A stretch of 64,000 bases of DNA. Origin: an uncultured bacterium (lineage in GTDB: Bacteria > Margulisbacteria > WOR-1 > CAVSGV01). Under the pieces are notes generated by a model. That model saw only the letters and a list, made by a program, of their open reading frames with translations. It was not told where the DNA came from and made no database searches. Made by a program: the position numbers and the translations under genes. Within the stretch, counting starts at the first letter, position 1. Every line of letters starts with the position of its first letter. Shown in pieces: positions 41,495 through 51,839 of this stretch. The stretch spans positions 192,001 through 256,000 of the forward strand of contig CAVYHE010000003.1 of assembly GCA_963768305.1 (NCBI GenBank), written 5' to 3'.

Positions 41495-43457
41495 GGATTG
41501 CGGGTTTTGTCCCTTTATGGCCTATATAACTTATGATGTACTTTGAATGTCCCCTCCATAGTTGTTTAGTGGTGTCATCCGTCTCGCATAATGAGTTGTA
41601 TATCCGGAAGTAATAAGAATTCTTTGTTTCTTCGTAATGCAGAAGCTGCGCGGAATAAAGCCGGCTTTTGTCGGAAACGACGGTGATGCCTTTTTCCTTG
41701 TCGCATATATCCACCCAGCCTTCGGTCGCTCCAAGGCAGTGGCTGGAAGATATGCGTGAATCGATGGTCTGTATCTCGTTTATGTTCTTTCCTTTAACGT
41801 AAAACGTCTCAATGTCGTATCCGCCGTTGATGGTGGAATACCTTAGCGTTTCCTTATCGAAGGCTTCGGGATTTATCGTGAGCATGCCGGTCCTGAAATA
41901 GTAGGGCATAAGATCGCGGAATCGGAAGTTATATTCAATGTCCACTCTTGGCTCATTTATGCGGACATGGATCTTTTTCCAGACATCGCCGCCGGCAAGC
42001 GGGACTTTGCAGATAACCGTCACTTTATCTTTCAGATTTGTCAGGTCATCCGGGAATATCAGCTGAGTTTGTTCAAGGTCAGTATATTTCGTGTTCGCAT
42101 CTGCCTGTATGATGGTGTGTGCCGTGTATTGGTCGGTTGAAAAACTGATCTGGTCATAATAATCATGCGGGATCGTTCCTGCCAGATGCTTTTCCGATAT
42201 TTTCGGGAAGGTCAGTTTTTTGATAGCTCCGCCGCGCCTGCTCGAGAGCTCTAATCTGACACTGGGAGTGATAATCGTTTCTCCTTCGATCTTGACAAGC
42301 CCTTTTGACGATTTGATCACTGCGGGTGATTTTATCTCGAATTTTGCCGTCATTTTATCCATATATCCCAGCTTATTTTTCAATTCTGTATATTTTTCGT
42401 CGGTCGTAAATGACCGAAAATCACTTCCGAAAAGGTAGCAAAGTTCTGTCCAGAATTCTTTTTTCGCTTTATTTCCTGCCGCTTTAAGCCTTTCAAATAT
42501 TTTATAACATTGAGTGTTGACCCGTGTATTATCTCTTCCGCAAACGGCCCATCTGGTAATGTTATATTTTGCCTGTTTCTTCACGACCACAGGATATTCC
42601 GGGAAGCTCACTTCAAGTGTTTTTACCGGTTTGATCATTGACAGCGCGGTTGAAGGAGTTACAACCTCGATCTGTTTATCTTCGGACAGCCTTGCAAAAA
42701 GTTCTTCCAGCCGCTTAAGGTCCTTTTGATGATCAAAAGGTTTATAAATTATATCCGATGAGCCTGGACAATAATTGAATATCTCCCAATCGGAACCGTA
42801 GAACGGGAATATTCTGTCAGTAGTTTTCGATCTCTGGGCGGTCAGATATTCTATATATTCATTCAGCGTGATCTCGTTCTTTATATATCTCTGGAATTTC
42901 TGAAATGCGATAGAGCTGTTCCAAAGGAGTTTTATTTTCTGTTCGTCCGTGCCTTTAAGCAGGTGAGGGGAGTAGCGGTATTCTGAGGGAAGGTTGCCGT
43001 ATTCAGCAGCGTTGTCCCAGTCAAGCACAGTAGCACTATATCCAGACCTATTAATTAATTTTACCAACCCTTTTGAATAGGCCTGTTCATTGAGATAAAG
43101 GACCTCGGGCTTAGAACCAAGCAGCTTTTTGTAGACAATTCTGCCGTGATCCAGATTCCTTTGGTTGACCTCGACAGGAATAAGAGGCATTATATTCTGT
43201 GAATAGCCGGAAGCGATTATTTCGGCTTTTCCGGACTTACAAAGCTTTTTCAGCTCAGGGATAAAGGTTTTGTCGATAGAGTGGATCTTTTCAAGGGTGT
43301 ATGCCGGAAATTCAAGTCCCAGTGCGATATCATATTTATCCATCATTTTAAGCACCGGCCAGTAGCATTTCTCGATCAACGCCGGGTATTGGAACTCCGG
43401 AATGCTTGAGAACTGGAGGTTGGCATGAAAGAATGAATACAGATATAGTTTAGCCAT
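41487..43457 (-). CDS. GH57-like / deacetylase-barrel protein with a C-terminal beta-sandwich
   Basis: FHANLQFSSI, CYWP, SGYSQ.I.PL, NEQAYS, YGSDWEIF, GSDFR. Confidence 0.7.
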   Translation of the reverse strand: MAKLYLYSFFHANLQFSSIPEFQYPALIEKCYWPVLKMMDKYDIALGLEFPAYTLEKIHSIDKTFIPELKKLCKSGKAEIIASGYSQNIMPLIPVEVNQRNLDHGRIVYKKLLGSKPEVLYLNEQAYSKGLVKLINRSGYSATVLDWDNAAEYGNLPSEYRYSPHLLKGTDEQKIKLLWNSSIAFQKFQRYIKNEITLNEYIEYLTAQRSKTTDRIFPFYGSDWEIFNYCPGSSDIIYKPFDHQKDLKRLEELFARLSEDKQIEVVTPSTALSMIKPVKTLEVSFPEYPVVVKKQAKYNITRWAVCGRDNTRVNTQCYKIFERLKAAGNKAKKEFWTELCYLFGSDFRSFTTDEKYTELKNKLGYMDKMTAKFEIKSPAVIKSSKGLVKIEGETIITPSVRLELSSRRGGAIKKLTFPKISEKHLAGTIPHDYYDQISFSTDQYTAHTIIQADANTKYTDLEQTQLIFPDDLTNLKDKVTVICKVPLAGGDVWKKIHVRINEPRVDIEYNFRFRDLMPYYFRTGMLTINPEAFDKETLRYSTINGGYDIETFYVKGKNINEIQTIDSRISSSHCLGATEGWVDICDKEKGITVVSDKSRLYSAQLLHYEETKNSYYFRIYNSLCETDDTTKQLWRGHSKYIISYIGHKGTKPAIHV

Positions 43458-43459
43458 TA

Positions 43460-44671
43460 TTACTCCGTTTCGATTTTTATGCTATTGACCGCTTCCAGCG
43501 CGCGTTTTAACGCTTCTTCTCTTGTTCTGCCGATCGCCAAGAGAAAGCCCGCCCTTTTCGTATGGTCGGTCATTTTGTGTATCCTGTCACCTATTTTAGC
43601 ATAAACACCGATTTTTTTTATGTACGGATGGCTTTTGACCTTTTTAATACCAGAAATCCTTTTTACAGTGCCTTCTTCTGGGAAAAAGAACCTTTGGGCG
43701 GTTCCTCTATTATACTTCGGCCTCAGTTCTTTCACGTTTATAGGTTCTCCTAGGACCAGTTTTATCGCGTATTTCAGGACGTTGATTCCCGTGGACAATG
43801 GGATGGTATTTGAGCAATAATATCCGCCTGAAAGCCTTGCAGCCACTTCAATGATCTTTGGCCCATCGCACGTAAGGACAATATCTCCTTTGATCGTCCC
43901 GGTCCTGATACCTATGGATCTCGCGGTTCTTTCTATAAGAGCGTTGATCTGCTCCCTTTTTTCATTGCTAATGTTCGCCGGCATCTCGCCGCCGTTCTCG
44001 ATTATGTACGGAGAAAACCTGTCCAGGAATTCATAGTTGCGGTCTCCGTAGCCGATAGTAAAGGCTTTTCCTTTGTAGATGATGGATTCCGTTGAAAGCT
44101 GGGGACCGTCCAGGAATTCCTCGACCATCACTCTTTTTGACGGGGACTCTTTTTTTGATGACATATACGCCCATTTCAAATCGATCCCCTCGGTAAGTCT
44201 GAGCACCCCGCGCGCCCCGCGGCTGTCCACTGGTTTAATGACAAGAAGGTAACCCTTTGACCTGACCGTATCCTTAAGATCTTTCAATGACCTTATCTCT
44301 TTGTACCAGGGGATAGGGATACTGTCTTTTTTGAACTTGTTCTTCATTAATAATTTATTGGATGCAAGTCTGGCTGTATCGATGGAAATACCTGGAAGTT
44401 TTAATTTATCCGCTATCAGGGCAACGGTCATGGGACAATCCGTGGCGATGGCGATAACGCCGTCTATTTTGTGTTTTTTATTAAATGCTAGCGCGGCCCT
44501 CAGGCTTTCTTTCGCGTCCATGGTGGATGCGATAATACAGTCATCGGTATACTTGAACCCGGGGGCTTGCGGGTTCATGTCGGAGGCCACTACACTTATG
44601 CCCATTTTTTTTGCGATCTGTATTGCGGGGACCTGTTCAACTCCGGCGCCGATGATGAGAAGGGTCTTCAT
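43460..44671 (-). CDS. ATP-grasp ligase
   Basis: IGAGVEQVPAI, NKLLMK, IKPVDSRGARGV, VEEFLDG, IIEVAARLSGG. Confidence 0.88.
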   Translation of the reverse strand: MKTLLIIGAGVEQVPAIQIAKKMGISVVASDMNPQAPGFKYTDDCIIASTMDAKESLRAALAFNKKHKIDGVIAIATDCPMTVALIADKLKLPGISIDTARLASNKLLMKNKFKKDSIPIPWYKEIRSLKDLKDTVRSKGYLLVIKPVDSRGARGVLRLTEGIDLKWAYMSSKKESPSKRVMVEEFLDGPQLSTESIIYKGKAFTIGYGDRNYEFLDRFSPYIIENGGEMPANISNEKREQINALIERTARSIGIRTGTIKGDIVLTCDGPKIIEVAARLSGGYYCSNTIPLSTGINVLKYAIKLVLGEPINVKELRPKYNRGTAQRFFFPEEGTVKRISGIKKVKSHPYIKKIGVYAKIGDRIHKMTDHTKRAGFLLAIGRTREEALKRALEAVNSIKIETE

Positions 44672-44808
44672 ATGGCCTGCACTGCGGCCTTGACGGCGCA
44701 GTAGGAGGGCGTCCTTGGCCCGCCGTATTGTCCAGCTAACGAAGGGATATCTTCCTCAATCAGTTCGATTTTCTTGGGTGACACGACTTTTTCGGAAATT
44801 CTTTTCAT
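44668..44808 (-). pseudogene. 46-aa chimeric remnant: Zn-ADH-like N-terminus joined to an SDR active-site fragment
   Basis: GAGGTG RBS; MKRISEKVVSPKKIELIEEDIP followed by SLAGQYGGPRTPSYCAVKAAVQAI*. Confidence 0.6.
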
Positions 44809-44821
44809 ATGTTGATACACC

Positions 44822-46621
44822 TCATTTTATTTTAAGATCAGGCCAGCGTTCTTTCATGCTTTTTATTACGGAGATTTCATTAACATTGTATTTTTTGTAT
44901 AGGAAAGGACGTGTCCCATGTTCCACAAAAAGGTTTCCCAGAGTGATCCTTAAGACATTGGGTTTAAATGAATGATCCGACGCGAATTCAAGGACCGCGC
45001 TTCCAAACCCGCCTGCCTTGACGTTTTCTTCCATCGTCACTATGCGTTCATATCTCTTTAATATTTTCAGGAACAGTATTTCGTCAAGGGGTTTAAGTTT
45101 CGAGATGTTCATCAGCCCCCATTCAGATCCCTGGTTGCGCAATGATTTCTTTATCGCTAGCGCTGATTTCAGGCGTCCTGCCGTTGTTAATATAATGCCA
45201 TCGTTCTGTTTAACATACGGATCTTCGTTCATCAAGAGCTTTTCTTTTTCATTCGCCTCCACCATCTGGAGGGTTCCATATGGGAACAGCATGATGGTCG
45301 GATGCTTTACGCCTTTCTTAACGTATTCATCGAGCATTTTATTGAACGCTTCATGGTCGGCAGGGAAATGGATCTCAAGATTCGGAACGCATCCAAGATA
45401 TGAAAGGTCAAGAATCGCATGGTGGGTTGCATGGTCCAGGCCTGCAAGCCCTGACCTGGCCAGGATGATCATGACCGGGATATCATTTATGCATGCATCA
45501 TGGACAAGCTGGTCGAAAGCTCTCTGAAAAAATGTCGACTGGAATACAACAATAGGTTTCATTCCGCCGAGCGACATCCCGATCGCTAGCGTCATGGCAT
45601 GCTGTTCGGCCATGCCAACATCGAAAGCCCTGTCGGGAACATTCTTAAAAACACCGCCGATTTCCCCCGCGCCGATTGTGGCGGGAGTTATGACAACGAC
45701 TTTCTTGTTCTCTTGTGCAAGTTTTTCTATCTGTTTCCCTATGAATACGGCATTGAAGGGGGATAAAGGTTTATAAAAGATATTCGGCTCGGTACCTTCC
45801 GCTTCGGTTATTGGTTCCCCGGTCTCGACATTGAAAGGAAAGCTGAAATGGTATTTTGTCGGGCTTTCTTTAGCATAAGGCAGGCCATAGCCTTTAATGG
45901 TTTTTACGTGAAGGACCACTGGACCTACAATACTCTTCACTTCATTCAATTTATTGACAAGTATTTCCAGGTCGTGGCCGTCGATTGGTCCAACATATTT
46001 AATTCCTAAAGCAGAAAAGAAAGTGTCCATATCTCCTTTACCTGGTTGAAGGTTTTCAAGGTATTCCCTGATCGCGGTGTCGTTTGATGTTATTCCCCAG
46101 CCATTATCATTAAGAATGATCAGCATCTTCGGCTTTTCATAGCCAATCTCATTAAGAGCTTCAAACGCCATGCCTTCGCCGATAGCGCAATCGCCGATGA
46201 TTGCCACAGGAGTGTTGTCGATCTTTTGCAGCCTGTTGGCTAAAGCAACTCCGAGGGCCAGGGACAGGGAAGTGCCTCCGTGGCTTACATCTAAAATGTC
46301 ATGCTCGCTTTCGCTTTTGCATGGGAAACCGGGACTTCCTCCATCCTGCCGCATCGAATCAAGGCAGTTGGCGCGTCCGGTAAGGATTTTATGGGTATAT
46401 ACCTGATGACCGACATCCCAGAAAAAAGGGTCTCTTGGAGAATTAAAAACATAATGAATGGCAATTGTTAATTCAACTACTCCGGTATTTGCGCCGACGT
46501 GTCCGCCTGTCCGTGACTGAGATTTAATAATAAAATTACGAATTTCCTTTGCAAGGATATTAAGTTCCTTAATATTCAGCGCTTTTATGTTTTCGGGCGA
46601 TTTGATTTTTTCAATATACAT
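44822..46621 (-). CDS. DXS-like thiamine-diphosphate-dependent enzyme
   Basis: GGHVGAN.GVVELT, DVGHQVYTHKILTGR, GDCAIGEGMAFEALN, GPIDGHD, FDVGMAEQH. Confidence 0.88.
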   Translation of the reverse strand: MYIEKIKSPENIKALNIKELNILAKEIRNFIIKSQSRTGGHVGANTGVVELTIAIHYVFNSPRDPFFWDVGHQVYTHKILTGRANCLDSMRQDGGSPGFPCKSESEHDILDVSHGGTSLSLALGVALANRLQKIDNTPVAIIGDCAIGEGMAFEALNEIGYEKPKMLIILNDNGWGITSNDTAIREYLENLQPGKGDMDTFFSALGIKYVGPIDGHDLEILVNKLNEVKSIVGPVVLHVKTIKGYGLPYAKESPTKYHFSFPFNVETGEPITEAEGTEPNIFYKPLSPFNAVFIGKQIEKLAQENKKVVVITPATIGAGEIGGVFKNVPDRAFDVGMAEQHAMTLAIGMSLGGMKPIVVFQSTFFQRAFDQLVHDACINDIPVMIILARSGLAGLDHATHHAILDLSYLGCVPNLEIHFPADHEAFNKMLDEYVKKGVKHPTIMLFPYGTLQMVEANEKEKLLMNEDPYVKQNDGIILTTAGRLKSALAIKKSLRNQGSEWGLMNISKLKPLDEILFLKILKRYERIVTMEENVKAGGFGSAVLEFASDHSFKPNVLRITLGNLFVEHGTRPFLYKKYNVNEISVIKSMKERWPDLKIK

Positions 46622-46638
46622 AATTTCGTCATGCCCCC

Positions 46639-47836
46639 TTATTTTAACCCGAAGCCTTCAAATACCATCTCTTTTATATCTTCTTTGGTGAAAATTTTCG
46701 GATGCAGGGCTATGGGTTTGAACTTATACGTAAAAAGATCATCAGGGATCCTGTCAGCGAGTTTTTTGGAAAAATCATAATCGGATTTATCCCAATATTT
46801 TTTACAGGAATCGATCTGATCGATTATTATGTCACTTGCCATTTTAGCTTTATTAATACTGTTTTCACGATTTACGAGAGTAGGGTCGAGCGCTTCCGCT
46901 ATTTTCGAGAACCTTTCAATGTCGTGTTCATATGTCCTTCTAACGACCGGGGGCGTAAAAGAGAGCGACGGAAGAGCCATGCGGGAAGCCGTTTAAAGCG
47001 CCTACCACTTCCGCAATTATATGCGTAACTGTTGTTCCAACCTGAGCGATCGCTATTCCCGCCAATGTGCTTGCCCAGGCCAGATTATATCGAGCTTCGA
47101 TGTTATTCCCGTCTTTCAGGGCTATCGGCAAGTATTTGTGGATCCGTTTCATCGCTTCCAGGGAGAACATGGCCGAAAAAGCGGTCTTCCCGGAATTCAA
47201 ATAAGATTCCAGCGCGTGAGCGAAAGCGTCTATTGCTGTTGACGCTGTAAGGTTTTCCGGCAATTTTATCGTCAGCAAGGGATCAATAATTGATACCTTG
47301 GGAAAAAGTTCAAAATTCTTTATAGTGCCTTTTTGACGGCTTTCCTCATTTAAGAGGACCGCATATGGAGTAGCCTCTGATCCCGTTCCGGATGTCGTGG
47401 GGATTGCAATGATAGGGGTGATGCCGGATTCTGCCGCTATCGCGGGCCTGTTGGAAAGACCGGCATATGACCAAATAGATTCTTTCTGCTTCATTTTAAG
47501 GGAGATTGCTTTTGCAAGATCAATACAACTTCCGCCTCCGAGACCGATTATTACATCAGGCGCATAACTTTTTACGTTTTCTGCCAAGCGGTTTATTTCG
47601 TCGACTTTTGGGTCGGATGTTGCACCGTCAAAAACCTGTACAGTGAGTTCCGCCTCTTTAAGGGATTTGATGATAGGGGAGGCAAGTCCAATCTCGACCA
47701 GATTTTTCATTGTGACCAAATATGCTTTTGTTCCGAATTCCTTCGCGTACATTCCGATTTCCCGCGAGCGATCCGCCCCCGCGATAAAACGCACGGGAAT
47801 GAACGCTTCAAAGGACTTATTAAGAATTTCAGCCAT
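46639..47836 (-). CDS. Iron-containing alcohol dehydrogenase (frameshifted near 46960)
   Basis: GLGGGSCIDLAK, IPTTSGTGSEAT, DAFAHALESY, PHG. Confidence 0.88.
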
Positions 47837-48564
47837 TAAAAGTACAGCCCTCCGTTTATGTTGATCGTTTGAGCCGTGATATAAGAGGCTTCTTCTGACG
47901 CAAGAAATGCGACAACTTCGGCCACTTCCTCCGGTTTTCCCTGTCTTCCAAGAAGTATCTTTTCATTCACTCCCAGGTCCTTTGCCGCGCCGGCCATTTC
48001 GGATTCTATGAGACCCGGAGACACGCAATTGACTCTTATTCCAAGCTTTTTCTTGGCACAATATATTGCCATATTCTGTGTCAGGCTTATTAAACCAGCT
48101 TTGGAACAAGCGTAATGTGTTGTCCTGGGTCCGCCGTATTGTCCGCTGACGGAAGATATGTTTACTATGCTCCCGCCTTTTCTTATCAATGGAAGGAACT
48201 TCTGAGAAACAAGGAATGCGCCCTTTAAATTCGTATCCATTACCTCATCCCAGTCCTCTTCGGATATCTTGTCAAAATCATTGGGCTTGTTAATACCGGC
48301 ATTGTTTATCAATATGTCTATCTTCTTGAATTTTGTCTTGATAAAATCAGCAAGGTCATCAATTGACCTTGCGTCGCATACGTTCAATGGATGGATAGTT
48401 GTTTTGCCTTGCAACGTTTTTTCGACCGCATTCGCCGCAGCGATATTGTCTTTATATGTGATCAGGATTTTCGCTCCGTATTCAACAAGCTTTTGCGCTA
48501 TGGATTTGCCGATACCCCTGCTTGCTCCCGTGACAAGCGCAACCTTCCCTTTTAATTTCGCCAT
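47836..48564 (-). CDS. SDR family oxidoreductase (FabG-like)
   Basis: TGASRGIG, NNAG, ISS, YACSK, VNCVSPG; GAGGTG RBS. Confidence 0.92.
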   Translation of the reverse strand: MAKLKGKVALVTGASRGIGKSIAQKLVEYGAKILITYKDNIAAANAVEKTLQGKTTIHPLNVCDARSIDDLADFIKTKFKKIDILINNAGINKPNDFDKISEEDWDEVMDTNLKGAFLVSQKFLPLIRKGGSIVNISSVSGQYGGPRTTHYACSKAGLISLTQNMAIYCAKKKLGIRVNCVSPGLIESEMAGAAKDLGVNEKILLGRQGKPEEVAEVVAFLASEEASYITAQTININGGLYF

Positions 48565-48569
48565 ATATT

Positions 48570-49511
48570 TCACCTCTTGCGTTTAATCGCGGCCTTTGCT
48601 TTTTTTGCTATGTTCTCAGCTGTCAGTCCGTATTTCCTCATCAAGTCATCTGGGTCCCCAGATTCGCCAAAGACATCATTTATACCAACGTATTCGATGG
48701 GAACCGGATAATTTTCGGCGGCGACCTCCGCGATAATCGAGCCTATCCCACCGCGAACATTATGGTCTTCTGCAGTGACGAATGCGCCAGTTTTCTTCGC
48801 CATCTTAATAATAAGGACCTTGTCGGCGGGCTTTAACGTTGAAACGTTGACCACTGAAGCCGATATGCCGTTCCTCCTGAGCATAACGGAGGCCTTTAGT
48901 GCAGGGGACACCATTTTTTGCAGCGCAAATATCGTTACGTCAGAACCGTTTTTCATCAGATCCCATTTGCCGATGACAAACCGTTTGCTCTTCCTGAAGA
49001 GGCTTTCTACAGGGCTCCTTCCAGTTCTCATATATGTCGGCCCTTTGTGGGACAAAAGTTTTCTCAAAGCGTCTTCCATTTCATTTGGGTCCGCTGGTGC
49101 AAGAATCGTGAAATTCGGGATCGATCTGTATATCGATATATCCTCGATACTTTGGTGGGTTGGTCCGTCCGGTCCCACATCAAGGCCAAGATGGCTTGCA
49201 ACTATCTTAACGTTAAGATTCGGGTACGCAATTGAATTCCTAGCCTGCTCAACCGCTCTCATTGAAGTGAATACCGAATAAGCGGTTACGATGGGGATGA
49301 TGCCCAGGGTTGAAAGCCCGGCTGCGACGCCCATCATGTTTTGCTCAGCAATGCCGCACTGGATAAACCTTTCTGGATATCTGTCCCGGAATATATTTGT
49401 GCATGTACCGCCGGCAACATCGCCGTCAAGGACGACAAAATCCTTGCGCTCCATTGCCAGTTTAATAAGAGCTTCTCCAAAAGCCTGTCTCAGTGATTTT
49501 TCAGCAGGCAT
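48570..49511 (-). CDS. Transketolase, C-terminal subunit
   Basis: GIAEQNM, RAVEQARN, DGPTHQSIED, EDH...GGIG. Confidence 0.92.
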   Translation of the reverse strand: MPAEKSLRQAFGEALIKLAMERKDFVVLDGDVAGGTCTNIFRDRYPERFIQCGIAEQNMMGVAAGLSTLGIIPIVTAYSVFTSMRAVEQARNSIAYPNLNVKIVASHLGLDVGPDGPTHQSIEDISIYRSIPNFTILAPADPNEMEDALRKLLSHKGPTYMRTGRSPVESLFRKSKRFVIGKWDLMKNGSDVTIFALQKMVSPALKASVMLRRNGISASVVNVSTLKPADKVLIIKMAKKTGAFVTAEDHNVRGGIGSIIAEVAAENYPVPIEYVGINDVFGESGDPDDLMRKYGLTAENIAKKAKAAIKRKR

Positions 49512-50319
49512 TGATATCCTCCAAAGCTCTTTTGTATTCCGATTCACAAGGAGCAAGGCTCCCGTGCCATTTGGAATTGTTTTCCATAAAGGAAATACCT
49601 TTCCCTTTTATTGTATGCGCGATTATGATGGTTGGTTTTCCCTTGATCTTTTTTGCCATTTTGAATGCTCTGAATATCTGATCGAAATTGTGGCCGTCAA
49701 TCTCAATCACATTCCAGTTAAACGCTTTAAATTTGACTTTGAGAGGTTGGAGATTAAGTATCGCCTCATTCTTATCATCACTTTGAAGGCCGTTGTTATC
49801 TACGATCGCTGTTAGGTTATCAAGCTTATAATGCGCAGCGAAAGCCAAAGCTTCCCAGACCTGGCCTTCGTCAAGTTCTCCATCCCCTAGAAGAACATAT
49901 GTCCTGAATTTCTTTTTAAGCCTTTTGGCTCCGAGGGCAATTCCGCAGCCGACGGAAAAACCCTGTCCTAATGACCCAGAAGGGGAGTCGATACCAACCG
50001 TCGTCATCATATCCGGGTGTCCTTGCAGAACGGCATTGATCTGCCGGAGCTTTCTGTAATGATCCTTTGAGAAATAGCCTTTTTCAGCAAGAGCAGCATA
50101 CTGCGCCATGCACGAATGGCCTTTTGAGAGAATGAACCTGTCGCGGTCCGGCCAGTGGGGCCTTTTCGGGTCTATCTTCATTTCGCGGAAGTAAAGCGCG
50201 GTAACAAGATCAGCTGCCGAAAGTGCACCGCCGGGATGACCTGATCCTGCATGATAGTTCATCTCGATGATATCGTTCCGGATAATCTTTGCTTTTTTCT
50301 TCAGTTTATCTGCCGACAT
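49501..50319 (-). CDS. Transketolase, N-terminal subunit
   Basis: SGHPGGALS, DRDRFILSKGH, GSLGQG, GDGELDEGQVWEA, TIKGKG. Confidence 0.93.
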   Translation of the reverse strand: MSADKLKKKAKIIRNDIIEMNYHAGSGHPGGALSAADLVTALYFREMKIDPKRPHWPDRDRFILSKGHSCMAQYAALAEKGYFSKDHYRKLRQINAVLQGHPDMMTTVGIDSPSGSLGQGFSVGCGIALGAKRLKKKFRTYVLLGDGELDEGQVWEALAFAAHYKLDNLTAIVDNNGLQSDDKNEAILNLQPLKVKFKAFNWNVIEIDGHNFDQIFRAFKMAKKIKGKPTIIIAHTIKGKGISFMENNSKWHGSLAPCESEYKRALEDINAC

Positions 50320-50423
50320 CAAGGTCTTAATTCAGCCCCTCTACATTGATGGATCCTTTTAATTATAAAATCTTAGTGTATTTTTAAGTTTATTTAATAT
50401 AAAAAGAACTTGCTTTTTTGATT

Positions 50424-50597
50424 TCACATAAACCCAAAAAAACTATCCACATCAGCATTATTTTCACATATTTTAATTATATCGTTATTCTTGATCAGCG
50501 CGTCAAATAATGGCCTAATCGTTCCGCCGAGGCAGAGAAAACCCGTTTTATACCTCAATGGGTGTCAATATTTTGCGATAATCTCAGCGCCTGTCAT
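50424..50597 (-). pseudogene. Degenerate N-terminal remnant of an acetolactate-synthase-like ThDP enzyme
   Basis: MTGAEIIAKY*...GIKRVF / GGTIRPLFDALIKN resembles the AHAS start MTGAE...GV..VFG.PGG.I.PLYDAL. Confidence 0.55.
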
Positions 50598-50641
50598 ACA
50601 GAGGCATCTCTATGAAAATTGTTCACTCCTTTTATTTTATA

Positions 50642-51832
50642 TTAAGCATGAATTAGCCGGGTGTATAATTTAATCTGTTTGATATGAGGAAAGTTCATCT
50701 TTAAATATTTAGAAATTTCTTCTTGCGCGTCATATGACGATATCAATACAGGTAAATTCCTGTTCCTCAGGATTTCTGGGCTTTGCACAATATGTCCCTC
50801 AAATAGGACGCCTTCTTTTCTTTTATCAGAGTCAAGGATATTTGATATCTTAAATCCATCAAGAATACCAGCTTGAAAGAGCTGAGTAGCGTGCATCCCC
50901 GCTCCGTATACGATAATATTTTTACATGAGGCCATCTTTTTTTTAACGATTCTTTTTAGTTTGATTAAATATCTTTTCCGCAGCATTGCGTATTTTTTCA
51001 TTGATAGTTTATTTGCCTCATATTCATTTATTAAGGCGGATGACTTGGGCTTTTCTTTTTTAAGGAGTATTCTAATAGAGTGGCCTTGAACGCCCTTTTC
51101 CACAGCTGTTACTTTTAGTTTTAATTTACTCGCAAGATTTATTAAAGAAGTTTCAGTGTAGTTCATTATGTGTTCAAATGAGAAAAAATCAGCAACATTG
51201 CGAATGTTTGGTAAGCTTGTGTTTGGAACATCCACATAAATGAATCCGTTTATATTAGTGATTTGTGCGGCCATTTTAAGAAATTCAACGGGGTTAGAAA
51301 TGTGTTCCAGTGTATTGCTTATTGTAACAATATCAAATCTCCGATCAAAGGATATTACAAAACGTTCATTAAAAAATCCTTGAATAAGCTTTATCTTGTA
51401 GTTTGCCCAAGCTTTTTGAACCTCTTCCTTTGATGGTTCTATGCCGTAGACAGAGTATCCGTATTCATTTCGGGCAATGTTTAAAAATGACCCGTAAAAG
51501 GCACCTATATCAAATAATTTCTTACAAGTATTCGCGGTGTTTTTATGAATAAAGTTCAGCTGAGCTCTTATATTATCCTCTGATACTTCGCCGTATCTGA
51601 GGGCAGAATTATAATAAAATTCTAAAGATCTTTGTGTTGGCTGAGGGTTGGCAAATATCATGCCACATTTTTTACATGCTGCAAGATTCGACGGCCATAC
51701 AGTTAGCTTGTTTTTGATATATACTCTGTGAATACTTTTATAAATTATATTGTTTTCAGTTGAATTGCATATGGGGCAATTTATATTTTTAAAATCAATC
51801 GAATAGGATGTTTTATTTCTTTGCATAAACAA
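50642..51832 (-). CDS. SAM methyltransferase with an N-terminal Zn-binding motif and a C-terminal Rossmann-like domain
   Basis: CPIC...CKKCG, DIGAFYG, TLEHISNP, VYGAGMH. Confidence 0.82.
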   Translation of the reverse strand: MFMQRNKTSYSIDFKNINCPICNSTENNIIYKSIHRVYIKNKLTVWPSNLAACKKCGMIFANPQPTQRSLEFYYNSALRYGEVSEDNIRAQLNFIHKNTANTCKKLFDIGAFYGSFLNIARNEYGYSVYGIEPSKEEVQKAWANYKIKLIQGFFNERFVISFDRRFDIVTISNTLEHISNPVEFLKMAAQITNINGFIYVDVPNTSLPNIRNVADFFSFEHIMNYTETSLINLASKLKLKVTAVEKGVQGHSIRILLKKEKPKSSALINEYEANKLSMKKYAMLRKRYLIKLKRIVKKKMASCKNIIVYGAGMHATQLFQAGILDGFKISNILDSDKRKEGVLFEGHIVQSPEILRNRNLPVLISSYDAQEEISKYLKMNFPHIKQIKLYTRLIHA

Positions 51833-51839
51833 TTACTTC

